36,332 nucleotides of DNA from Reclinomonas americana ATCC 50394 (lineage: Eukaryota). Position numbers and translations under genes: made by a program. The DNA is taken from NCBI GenBank assembly GCA_048213135.1, contig PS015419.1:1-36332 (forward strand), in the 5' to 3' direction. Below are positions 1 to 11,600 of this stretch, piece by piece (position 1 is the stretch's first letter; the number at the start of each line of letters is the position of its first letter). The notes under the pieces were generated by a model. The model made no database searches. It saw only the letters and a program-made list of their open reading frames with translations, and had not been told where the DNA came from.

Positions 1-31
<31 letters not shown>
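1..31. repeat. (GA)n microsatellite at window edge
   Basis: Perfect GA dinucleotide run. Confidence 0.95.
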
Positions 32-32
<1 letters not shown>

Positions 33-687
33 CACACACAGGTAACAAGAGAGTACGTGCGAGTGCGTGCGTGTCTGAGTGATTGAGAACGAAATGATGC
101 TCGTCAATAGAGAACGCGATCTGTGTAAAGAGAGGAGTGCACAGACACTCTCAGAGACTGCTGAAAGGCAAGAGACAAGCGAGTCTGTGTGTACAGGTGT
201 GTCTGAGTGTTGAGAACGAATGAGTTCGTCAAATGAACGATGACTGAGGCTGGGTGAGCGATAACAAGAGAGAGATATACACACACAGACACGCACAGAC
301 ACAACGCACAGAGAGAGAGACAAGCGACGATGACGCACAACATGGCGCGCAAAACACGCACTCTCTCGCTCTCTCTCTCACGCACACACACACTGCCGCT
401 CTCTAACGAACAGCACACATCATCATCTCTCTATCTCTCTGTGCGAGCACACAGGCACCAAAAAAAGATCTTCGCAGAGCCCTCTTTTTTCGTGTCCGAG
501 TGTGCGTGTACGTTCAATGATGCGCGCATGTGTGTAGCACGAGAGAAAGAAGAATAAGAAGACAGACAAGGTAACACACCGATGCGCCGCCCTTCTCGCT
601 CATAATTCGCAAATGTTTTGTTTGTCGACGTTGCGGTTCAGTCCCACAGGACCGTTGTTGTTAAGGCTGGCCGGTGAGGAGACGGAG

Positions 688-1815
688 AGATCGCCTGTGT
701 GGCATGCACTCGGGATGCACGCTCTTCATACGCACCGCGAGATCCGGCATGCATGCGCTGTATTTCATGGAGAGACAAGAAAGGACCAATTGACTGTCAA
801 GAGGCTGCAGCTCGCAGCGACGACCCACATGCACCGTATGTTGATACATTCGGTGTATTCGTGCGCCCAGCTCATCCATGACCGTCAGCGCGTCCGCCTG
901 TGAAGGGTGGTGGAAGCGATCGCGGTGGGTTTTGTGACAGCGACGATGACGACGGGAGGCAAGGGCGTCCGCCGTGAACGGGAGCACGCGACGTGCCGCT
1001 GAACGTGAGACCTGTCAGCGACGTCGTTCGTGCACTGGCCGTGCTGCTCATGCTCGAAGCACGACGTGATCTGCGATGTCGTGCAGTGTCCACCTCGGCC
1101 TCGCTTTGCACGCGCAGGCGGTGACTGTAGCGGTGGCAGCGGTGGCAACGGAGGAAGCAGCGCAGCAGCAGCAGCAGCAGCAGCAGGCTTCGCCGGCGAC
1201 TGCATCATCGTCACCTCCACACTCGTCGCATGATCGTCCTCGTCGTAGAACTGATCACGATCGGCCGCCGCCACATACCCCACTGGCATCGTCCTCCACA
1301 CGAGGCACCTCCTCCTCGGCGAACACTCGCCCTTCTTGGCAACGCCGTCCTTTACACCTCCTCGGCAACACGCCACTGTGCGTTTGAGCGACTTATCACC
1401 GTCGTCTTTTACACCTCGACAATTGCAAACACTCGCCCAACACCGTCGTCGCCATCGTTTTCAAGACGATTCACATCCTCGAATCGCTCATCGCCTGCAT
1501 CCTCTCCTTGCTGCACATCGCCTCACATGCGACTGTGAACCAGAGTCGATGCCGTCACAGCGATCGAATTCTTCCGCATCGGCGATGAGACACACATCAT
1601 CCCATTTAGTCATTCCATAATCCACGCACCTGCTTCTTCCTGCGCCATTGCGAAAGAAGGAGCACTGTTTTCGAGCCATGGTGTCAAAGAAAAGCGGCGT
1701 CCTTGTCAGGAGAGTGCACGCTGCGTATACGTATACTTGATCATGATCGCGATTGGCGCCCACCGTTCGAGTTTGTGACGGAGTACCTCGCTGTACCTGC
1801 CGTCGCTTCATTGTT
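688..1815 (-). pseudogene. Decayed partial duplicate of the 5' half of the Cdt1 gene
   Basis: Near-identical DNA blocks to ~5205-6525 in the same orientation: 1141-1320 vs 5863-6058 (DQFYDEDDHATSVEVTMMQSPAKPAAAAA), 1441-1515 vs 6099-6195, and 790-930 vs 5361-5580. It has internal deletions and a +1 C at ~1278 (ataccccac vs atacccac), and no C-terminal domain is visible. Confidence 0.8.
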
Positions 1816-2189
1816 TATGTGCTCGTTAAATGCGCATGCTCCAAGCGGCCAGGGAAGTCCGCTGCGCTGCGCGCATACAACACATGCGCATGCATGATTC
1901 GCGTCGCGATCGGAAAAACTCGAACACTCAAGCACTGCTCTTCTTTCACAGCATGTATACGCGCGCTATTACAAGTCAGTTTTACATCCCTCGCCCTCTC
2001 CCCTCTCCTCTCACATTTCGCCCTCGACCCCCCACCATTTTTGGAAGCGTTAGCCCGGCGCGATCGCCCAAGAATGACCATGTCGGCCAAGCATTGCATT
2101 GAAGGTGCGGGCGAGATACGCGGCGGCTCTCTCGTTTTCCTTCCTTCTCGCACTCGGAGAGCACACAACCCCCCACACACATACACACA

Positions 2190-3209
2190 ATGATCCGTCC
2201 GATCGTTTTGACTCTCGCCGCCCTGCTGGTGGTCATTCAGCTCGCCAGTTTTGCGCAAGCACAAGGCGGCTGTTCCGTACATGCATTGTAGTGCAATCCA
2301 CGCGTACCCTCGGGCTCACCCGACTCTCCCTCTCCCTCTCCCTCTCCCTATCCCTCCCTCCCTCCATCAGCCTGCGCGGCCAACGCTGGTGTCTGCAACC
2401 CGAACGGCTACTGCGACAGCAACAAGAAGTGCCAGTGCCACGACGGCTGCATCAACGTCGGCGGCAACAAGAACGTCTGCGAGAAGTGGTCTGGCCCCTT
2501 CTGCCAGTGCCACCGCGCCGGCACCTGCAACAACCACGGCAGCTGCATTGCGGAGAACGGCTCGTGCCTGTGCGACGTGGGCTACGCCGGCCTCTACTGC
2601 GACAAGAACTCGCCCGTGTCGGCCGCCGACGCGATCTCGTGGCTCAAGGCCGGCAATTCGCGCTTTGTCACCGACTCGTCGCTGCACCCCAACGACGACA
2701 AGGTGCGCCGCGTGCAGGTGGCCACTGGCCAGCACCCCTACGCGGCCATTCTGTCGTGCGTCGACTCGCGCGCGGCGCCTGAGCTGCTGTTCGATGCCGG
2801 CCTCGGAGATTTGTTTGTCGAGCGTGCCGCCGGCAACGTGTTCGACGAGCTGTACCTGGCGGCGTCGCTGGAGTACGCCATTATCAAGCTGAACGTGAAG
2901 CTGATTGTGGTGCTCGGCCACACCAAGTGCGGTGCCGTCAGCGAGGCGCTGGAGGCGGTCGAGACCAACACGGTCAACATGCTGCCTGGCCACTTGCCGC
3001 TGCTGGTGGAGGCCATTCGCCCGGCTGTGGAGCAGGCGGAGCACGACCATGCCGACCATGCCACTGTCGACGACGTTGTCTACGAGAATGTGCGCTACCA
3101 GCTGAGCCTGGTCAAGGCCAACGCGGTGTACCAGCAGTACGCTGGCAACAACCTGCAGGCGGTGGGCGCCGTGTACTCGCTGGAGACTGGTGTGGTCACC
3201 TGGCTGTAA
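2190..3209 (+). CDS. Secreted beta-class carbonic anhydrase with N-terminal EGF-like Cys-rich repeats (2 exons; intron 2272-2370)
   Basis: Signal peptide MIRPIVLTLAALLVVIQLASFAQA. Cys-rich EGF-like segment (CNPNGYCDSNKKCQCHDGC...CNNHGSCIAENGSCLCDVGYAGLYC). Beta-CA motifs LKAGNSRF, GQHPYAAILSCVDSR (CxDxR), GDLFVERAAGN, LGHTKCGAV (HxxC) and GAVYSLETG. Confidence 0.93.
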
Positions 3210-3659
3210 AAACGCTACCGCCACCTCCTCGACTGGCGATGGAAAAACGCCCGCGCTTCTTTCTAATACACCAAGGAAAAATGAAGTGCGGTGCGTGCAC
3301 GTGCACGTGGTGAATGGTTGATCAAAAGCGATGCGAAGCAGTGTGCGTGGTACAAGGCTTGTGCCAGTGCAGCAAACGATCCGTGTCGCCTCAGCTTCGA
3401 GAGACGCCACTTGAGTCAACAATGCAAACGACCTTGCAACTGCTAAACCACACCAGCTCCCGCGGCACATACGTACACTCGTCGTGGATTTGTATGGTTA
3501 CCTGAGCGTAGCGCCAACGGAAGCGCCTGCCCTTCTTTCAAACGCGAAGAACGTGATGCGAGACTAGTACGACGACAGAGAGGAGTGGAACGACAAAGTG
3601 ACGGGAAAGCCACGACACATCACACCCTCCTTCCGCACAAGCGCATCCTTCCCTCATAT

Positions 3660-6565
3660 TCACTCAATGTGATCCTTCCACCTGGTGACCAGCTCCTTCA
3701 CCGCACGAATGTCGTGCTCGGGTCCACGGCCAAACGTGAAGAACTGCTTGCTGGGCCCGCTCGTGCGCACCGAAATCCACCGCGGTGCCGCTTTCGCCAG
3801 CAGTGTCAGCGCCCGACGCGCCGTGTCGCGATTGAGGTTCTTGCGAGGACACGAGGCCTCGAGAGCCACGGCAAGTGATTCCACCTCGAAAGTGTTCTTC
3901 TGCGAGCTGCGACAGTGTCTGGGGAGGGAGGAGAACGACAGTGAGGTGCACTGGTGGAAGGAGGAGGAAGGGAAGAAGGTGGGGGATTCTCGACGCACGC
4001 GACAATCATGTCAATGACTTCGATGAGCCGAGCGCGCACTGGTTCGTCCGGATCCTGCGAGGCCTGCGCCGCGGCATTCTGCTCCTTGGTCTGCTGCTTC
4101 TGCAACAATTTCTGCTGGAAGCTGGCCGACAGGAAGCGAAGCGGTAAGGCCGCCGAAATGTCGTCGCCCTGTGTCACTTCATGTCAGTCACCGCGCAATC
4201 ATGGAAAGCAACATGAGGCGAGGCAGGGAGCGCAACTATTGATTCACTTGGTGCTGGAGGAGGAGGAGGCGGCGGTGGTGGTGAAAGGGGCGACTGCGCA
4301 CGCAACGATTGCTCTGTGAGTTGCATGACCTCGCCAACACAAACACCTGCAAAAAACGCACCGATGTTGCCGATGTCGTCGTCGTCGTCGTTCCCAGTTG
4401 ACTCTGACTCGGTGGTGTCCTTTGTGTCGCTGTGGTGGTGGTGGTGGTGCTTGTGGCACTAATGGCGGTGGCCGGCGTGCCAGACAGCAGTCGACTGACG
4501 GCACTGGCCACTTGCTGCGCGCAATGCGGCATCCCCCGGTGAGAAACAGCCATCCACCGTTCGTCACACACACGCCGCACTCACCACCGCCCTCTCCGAC
4601 GTGGCCTTTTTGCTGCGCAGAATCTTCTCCATTGTCTGCCTCGTGAGAGGCTGTGGTGGTCCTTGCACGGGGAGCGGGTGCAACGGAATGTCGGGCACAC
4701 TCTCCAGCGAGAAGCCCGGACACCACGCGCGCAGCTCCGGTGAGACGGTGGCAAACCGCCGATGAAAATTATCACGAGTGTCCTCGTCCACTGTTTCCAG
4801 AAAACGCTGCAGCAGCAAGAGACGCACAGTGAGCAGCATCGCACGAGTGCAGGTCGGTCCCCCGCTTCGCCTCACCTCGTGCTCCTCATTGACGCGCATC
4901 ACGAGTCGGCCGAGAAAGTCGCGCTTCCACGCCAGGATCTGCGTGTTGGTGAACACGGTCACTGCGAGGGAACGTGTCGTCAGCGAGTGCATGCAGTGCA
5001 GGCGGAAGGCAGAATGCAGACGTGCCATTGACAGTCTTTGGTGGAGTTCGTGGTGGTGATATTGGCGGCAGTGCGTCGAGAGCGGCCGCCAGTTCCGAGC
5101 CGTACGCTTCGCGCTCCTCGGCCGACATGCCCTCCCGTCGATGACGCACAGACTCCTCATCGCGCGCCACCAGGCGGATGGCAATGTCGAATTCGTTGGT
5201 GCCAGGTCGCTTGTGCGGCATCAGCTCCATGCACTCCGGATACACGGTCTTCATGCGCGCCAAGTGGTCCAGCGAGAACGCACTGCATTTCGACGATCGA
5301 TGATGGTGAGACTCTGGGCCAACAGGAAAGATCACGCACTTGTTCCCACGCACCGATTGTCTGTCAACACCTCCACCGCCCGCTTGACGCTACTGAACAG
5401 CAACAGCTCGCGACGACCCACATGCACCATCAGCAGCGCTCCGAATTGTTGATACAGCGTGATGAATCGGTGGGGCAGCAGTCGTTGCATTCGCGCGCCC
5501 AGCTCATCAATGGCCGTCGCCACCGCGGACACCTCTGCACGCCCGCCCGTAAACGGTGGTGGTAGCGGTCGCGGCGGATGCAGCGACAGTGACGATGACG
5601 ACGGCGGCGGGAGCGGTGGCATGGGCGGAAAGAGATGGCTGCTCGGTGGTGCGACGGCCTCGCTGGCGTCCTCCGTGAACGGGAGCACGCGACGTGCCGC
5701 ATGCGGTGGTCGTGTGAACGTGAGACCCGTCAGCGCTGTGCTCATACTCGACGCACGACGCGATCCGCGATGTCGTGCAGCGTCCACCTCTGCCTCGCTT
5801 GCACGCGCAGGCAGTGCCGGGGGCGGTGGCAGTGGTTGCAAAATTGGCGGCAGTGGAGGCAGCGGTGGCAACGGAGGAAGCACCGCCGCCGCCGCAGCAG
5901 CCGCAGCAGGCTTCGCCGGCGACTGCATCATTGTCACCTCGACACTCGTCGCATGATCGTCCTCGTCATAGAACTGATCACGATCGCGCACTCCCACATC
6001 GGCCGCCGCCACATACCCACTGGCATCGTCCTCCACACGAGGAACCTCCTCCTCGGCAAACACTCCCGTTGCTTCCTCTGCTGCCACTGCACCCTTTCCA
6101 CCGTCGTCGTCGTCGCCGTCGTCGTCGTCATCCCTTTCAAAGCGATCCACATCCTCGAATCGCTCATCGCCTGCATCCTCCTCTTGCTGCTCATCACCAC
6201 GCACGATGCGCTGCGTCAAAAAGCGATCCAGGGTCGATGCTCGCGATCGCGATCGCTTCCGCGGAGGCGATGATCCTGCGACGCACACGTCAGCAACAAT
6301 CGCTCTCATCGCCAGTTCCCCAACGCTCCACGCACCCTTACGAGTCCCTGCCTCCTCCTCCTCCTCGTGCTGCTGTTGCTGCGACAGAAGAAGCGCGTTC
6401 TTCTCGCCGACACCAGCTTGCGCCTAAAAAGCATGGCACGCGTTTGTTCGAATCAGTCACCATGAGCACACATACTCCACGTCTCTCGCCCTCCCACAAG
6501 CAAGCACTCACCTGCGATCGCTTGCGCTGCGGCAACAAGGCCGTCAGTCGCCCGCGCGCTGACAT
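3660..6565 (-). CDS. CDT1: DNA replication licensing factor Cdt1-like (~10 exons)
   Basis: Disordered acidic/Pro-rich N-terminus. Middle winged-helix-like region LLPHRFITLYQQFGAL...FSSVKRAVE...FSLDHLARMKTVYPE and WCPGFSLESVPDIPLHPLP (resembles the Cdt1 WHPxFxxxxVPDI motif). C-terminal WH-like region RLIEVIDMI...ARRALTLLAKAAPRWISV. The exons join in frame with GT/GC-AG introns. Confidence 0.8.
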
Positions 6566-6627
6566 TTTGAGTGAAACTGGTCTCGATCGATCCACCGCCC
6601 ATTCCACTCAACGGAATTCGGGATTTT

Positions 6628-8141
6628 ATGGCGCTCTCGGCGAATGCACTCTTCTCTGTGTGCGGCTTTGGTGGAGCTGTCCTCGGCTCCATGTATGGTC
6701 ACCAGCATCAGCAGGAGCAAGCAGATGCACTTGTCCGCACAGCTATTGATCGAGGTCTTCAGCTGTTGTCACACATGCAATCTCACTGTTCTCCCTCCTG
6801 CTCTGCTCCTCTCTCTCTGCTCTGCTCTGCTCTGCTGCGCTGTGCTGTGCTCTCTTCTCCTCTTATCTCAACTCTCGTTCACTCTGCTCCCATATTTCTT
6901 ACTCTTCTCCTTCCCTCTCTTCTCCTTCCGCTCTCTTCTCCTTCACCCTTCCCCTCCCCCTCACCCCTTCCCTTCGTTCAGGCGTGACGTACATTGACGT
7001 GGCACCCTACTACGGGCAGGGCAAGAGCGAGACCGTGCTCGGTCAATGCTTGGCCGGCCTCCCGCGCGACTCATTCGTTGTCTCCACCAAGGTATGACGT
7101 GCATCGCGCAAGAGCCTGCACCCTCACTCTGCTCACCACTGCTCCTGTCGAATAGACGGGGCGATATGGTCCACCATCGTTGCGGATGCATTCTCTTGCG
7201 CAGACTCTGCCTGCGGTTGATGATGTTGAACGATGTGCAGGGCGTCGGTGTTTGACTTCTCAGCGGAGCGCGTGCACTCGTCCATCGAGGAATCGCTGCA
7301 GCGACTCGGCCTCACTCACGTGGATCTGTTCATCGCGCACGACGTGGAGTTCGCTGTGGATCTGGAGCAGGTGATTCGTGAGACGCTGCCGGCCATGTAT
7401 GAACTGAAGAGGGCCGGCAAGATCGGTCTGGTGGGTATCTCCGGGTTCCCCGTTGAGACGCTGCGGTACGAGGCAACTCTCTTCGCGGTCAGCCCTCCCC
7501 GGGCTCGCTGAGCTGTCCTTGTTGGTTTGCTGTCTGCAGGTACATCTGGCAGCACGCCCCTGTGGACGTGGTGTTGTCGTATTGCCACTTGAACATGGCG
7601 AATGATCGTCTGCAGAGCTGGTTGGACGACCTCGGTCCGCTGCCGGCCGACGACGAGCCGCTGCCACTGATTCCTCCCGTGGCCAATCCGCGTGTGCAGT
7701 TTGTCAACGCCTCCACCCTGCACATGAATCTGCTGGTCAATGGGCCGGCTGCCATCCCGCCACCGGCGTGGCACCCGGCGCCCGAGACGCTCAGAGTTGC
7801 GCGGTTGTGACGGTTGGCTGCTGCTGTTGCCATGTTGCTTACCCAATACACGCAAACAGGGTGCGTGTCAAGAGGCCGCCGCCTACTGCGATTCGTGTGG
7901 AGTCTCACTCGCTCGGATCGCCGCTCGTTTTGCCATGGAGCGAGCGTACCGGTCAGGTGGGCGCGTTGTCAGCACGCTCGTCGGTATTGCATCGGATGCG
8001 GAGCTGGAAGATGCTCTGGCGGCCAGTCGTGTCGCCACCGATCCACTGACCGAGGTCGAAGCAGAGGCTCAGAAGCGTGTGATTGAGATTCTGTCCGCGG
8101 CGCACAATTTGGAGTGGCCGAGTGGCGTGCAGCGAGATTAG
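6628..8141 (+). CDS. Aldo-keto reductase, L-galactose dehydrogenase / D-arabinose 1-dehydrogenase-like (6 exons)
   Basis: GFGGAVLGSMYG; YIDVAPYYGQGKSE (catalytic D/Y); VSTKTGRYG (K); FDFSAERVHSSIEESLQRLG; AHDVEF (H); GKIGLVGISGFP; LSYCH; PAWHPAP; C-terminal WPSG. Confidence 0.88.
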
Positions 8142-8614
8142 AGAGAGCGAGCGAGGCGGCAATGTATCACGCCGCCCTGTTCGCCCTTGCTTCACGCCAC
8201 ACCCCATCGAGAGAATGAGAGAGTTATAGAGTGAGCTTCTATTCTGATCTCTTCCCTTTTCTCTTCTCTTGTTCTTTTCAGATCTCATCTCTTCCCTTCT
8301 ATCTCGTCTTCTCTCCTTTTCACGTCCCTTCCCTTTTTCCTCCCTTTTAACGCTTGCACTTGCCTTTTCTTATCTCCATTCGTGTTCATTGCATTCGCCC
8401 TTCTCGGGTGCGAGGTGAACTTGTGTTGATCTCTTGCTCAGCGTGCAGCGACTTTTGCGTTCCGCTTCTGATCTCCTCCTTGACAACCCAGCGTCTTCGT
8501 TCCCTTCCCTTAGCCCTCCCCCTCTTCCCTTAACCTTCCCCCTTGCCTTCCCCCTCTCGTCAGCACCACGTCTCCCTATCTATATTTTCTCTTTCACGTT
8601 TCCTACCTCTCGCA

Positions 8615-11600
8615 TCACCGGCGAATGATTCTTGGCGTCGTCATGGCCGAGGCCGCCGAGGTCGGAATCGCACCCAGACCGCCGCGCCCACCGCTGCCGA
8701 GTTGCCTCTCCAGTGTCTCCTTGCGTGCCGGTGTCTGTGGCGAGAACAGCGCGCCAGGGTCGCGCGAGGCTGTTTGCGCAAACAGGTACGTGTCGTGCGG
8801 CGACGGTGCTCCCTGCGAGCCGGCAACCGGTGTGCGAGGAGTGCCGCCGGTTGCACGGTGTCGGAGCTGTGGCGGCGTCGTGGCAAAGTTGTACGGCGTG
8901 CTCACTTGCGGCATCTCCAGAGTTGAGCGCGCCGGTGACGCGCCACCTGGTGCAGGCACCGGCACCACTGGCACACCGGGACCGGGGCGGACGACTCTGT
9001 TTTCCAGCGTCGACATGTTGTGAGTACCCACGATGTGCAAATGACCAACATGGAGAAAGACAGAAACGCACCGAGGTCCCCGCAGTCGCAGGTACGTAAT
9101 GTAGATAATGTAGAGCAGCACGAGTACGAGCACCACCTGCCACCAGCTGATGCCTGCGAGTGTGTCACAAACACACAGTGTGAGTCGATAGAGAGTTGAC
9201 TGCGGAGAAGCTCGTCAACAAACCGGTCCAGGATGTCGCCGAGGTTCCGTTGCTCTCCATCCGCACATGCACCGTCACCGGCACCTGCTGGTGGGTCACC
9301 GAGTGCTCCAGAATCACCGTCGCATCAAAGCTGCTGGCGTCACGCTCCTTGCTCATACTCCAGATCCCCTGCGAGCGTCGGTACGCGATGCGAACGGCAC
9401 CACCGGTTTCCGACGTCGACTCGTAGTCGACCTGCAACAGAGAGGCGTGCTCCGACTCCACATGCCACCGCAGCGGCGGCTGGCGCATCGAATACACGGG
9501 GAGACGCACGGCCGGTTGAGTGGTGGTCAGTGTTGCCTGTGCGAGGAAGGAGTTAGTGACGGGATGCAAGCGTGTAACACCAGTGAGCAGAGCACTCACC
9601 GAGTCGGTCTGCACGGTGAAGCGCGGATAGAACGGAACCGCGACAGTGTCGTGAACACGACGAGTGCTCACTGGATCAGAGTATGTCACTTCCACCGAGA
9701 ATTGTGCCGGCGGCAGGTGCGACAAGAGCACTGCCGACTCCTTGATGCGAATCGGGCATGCCAGATCGCCGGCCACGTTGCTCGTCTTCTCCAGCCATCG
9801 CTCGCTCTCCTTGTCGGCCGGCGAGCACACCAAGTGACCATTCGTGTGGAACAGTGAAGCTTCCTGCATAGTACACACACACACACACACTGCGTCAGCA
9901 TGTCGAGCTCGACTCAACCCTCGTGCAGAAGAAGTCGCCGCACCTGTTTCTCCACGGCGGAGGTCACGGTGGAGGCCAGTGGTGCCGAGGCGGTAGAGGT
10001 CTGCACAATAACAAAAATGAGCGGAAAAAAAGGCGAGAACAAGTCAAGTATGCGTGCTGCAAGACCTCGCCGATTGGTGGCTGGGCGGTGGCGTAGCCGT
10101 AATGAATGGCCCCGTTTCTGTCCAGCGGACGCACGTGGATGCTGCCGCGACAATGCAAATTAGATGCACTCTCACCAATACAAAGGAGGCGAGGGTGACG
10201 CACAGAGAGACAACACCAGGCACGTCGGTCACAAACGGAGGCGGGAAGCTCATCACAGCATCGGCACGAACGACAAAAATCTGTGGAAAACAACGATGAC
10301 TGGACTGTCAGTTTGATGTTGGTATCGGTGAGATGTACAACGAGTGCCACTCGCCGTTGTCTTGGCGGTGACAGAACCCACTGCACGGACGACCGCCTCG
10401 CCTTCCTGCTCTGCCGTCGCAGCGCCGCTGACTGGATCCACCCTAGCGAATGCAAAGCCGTGAGTGGCACGTGAGTGGCAGGAAAAATGCACATGGTATC
10501 GAGAGAATATTAGCGCAACTTGACCACATGGGGACGGTCGCTAAACCACGTGACCGGTCCGGTTGAGTCTGTGAAGAGTAAGGCGTGAGCACCAGCGGTC
10601 TCTCTTTCTGGCCCTCTATCTCTGGCAGTCACATTCACAGAGAAGAAAAGAAGACACACACTCATTCACTCCCGCCTCACTCTTCTTTTGCGATCTCTCT
10701 CTCTCTTCATTCTCTCTCTCTCTCTCTTCTTCTCTCTTTCTTCTCTCTCTCTCTCTCTCTCCCTCCCCCCCCTTGCCCCTTCCCCCCTCCCCCTTCCCAC
10801 CCTCCCCCTTGGCCCCCTTCCCCCCGCAACTGGCCAGCATCCGCAGCTGAACAGAATCGCCAACCAGCACCGACGCACTGTGCGGCGCCACACCATCAAC
10901 AACTCGAACCATCACAAAATCACGAGCCTCGGGGTACTGCCGTGAGGCCACCGAGAGCATCATGATGCCTTTCTCGTGGGCGCGCAGCGTGATACGGTGG
11001 CCGACTGGCGTCACCTGCACCACGTCTCGGCGATTGTACTGCGCACAATAGCAGGTCAAGAGCCGCAAAGGCATTTTTTTGCATGCGTGCGCACACACAC
11101 ACACCTCCACATCAACGAGACACTCGTCACACGATGAGAACGGCAGCGCGTGCTCCGACAAGAACGTCGGCTCCACATCGAGGGTGCTGCCGAGCGGCAT
11201 GTCCAAGAACGGTCGAACGAAAGCACCGTGCATGTTCCACACATTGATTTTCACAGTCTCGTCCAAGTGGGTCTGGGCGTCCGTCACCAGCACGCCAGAA
11301 GTACCGAGCGCCTGCCAGTGTACGCACAAAAATGAGTCGGACGGTGCCAGCAGCAAATGCTGCTGTGAATGCAGTACGCACCTTGGTCTGAATCACACCC
11401 TCGGGCGACAGAACCACTACTGAACTCTTGCAGTCGGCACTCGACAGTTCGTACAGCACTGACGCTTGCTGCTTGCAGAAATCTACGTGAGGCACAATGC
11501 GCACAAAAAAGCAACTGCGTAAAATTGACGCACCGAAGTGGGCGACAGCGCGAATGTGACGTTGGGAGGCAACACAATGTTGTACAGCGTTCCAAGTCCA

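Noticed and set aside
31-330. Short imperfect repeats (gtgtctgagt...tgagaacgaa...tcgtcaa) resembling an array
   Set aside because: Only two degenerate copies in microsatellite-rich eukaryotic intergenic DNA, with no CRISPR-like regularity.
2367-3470. 367-aa antisense ORF over the carbonic anhydrase (and similar ones at 19323-20201 and 32095-33038)
   Set aside because: Shadow ORFs expected from GC-rich codon bias, with no recognisable motifs.
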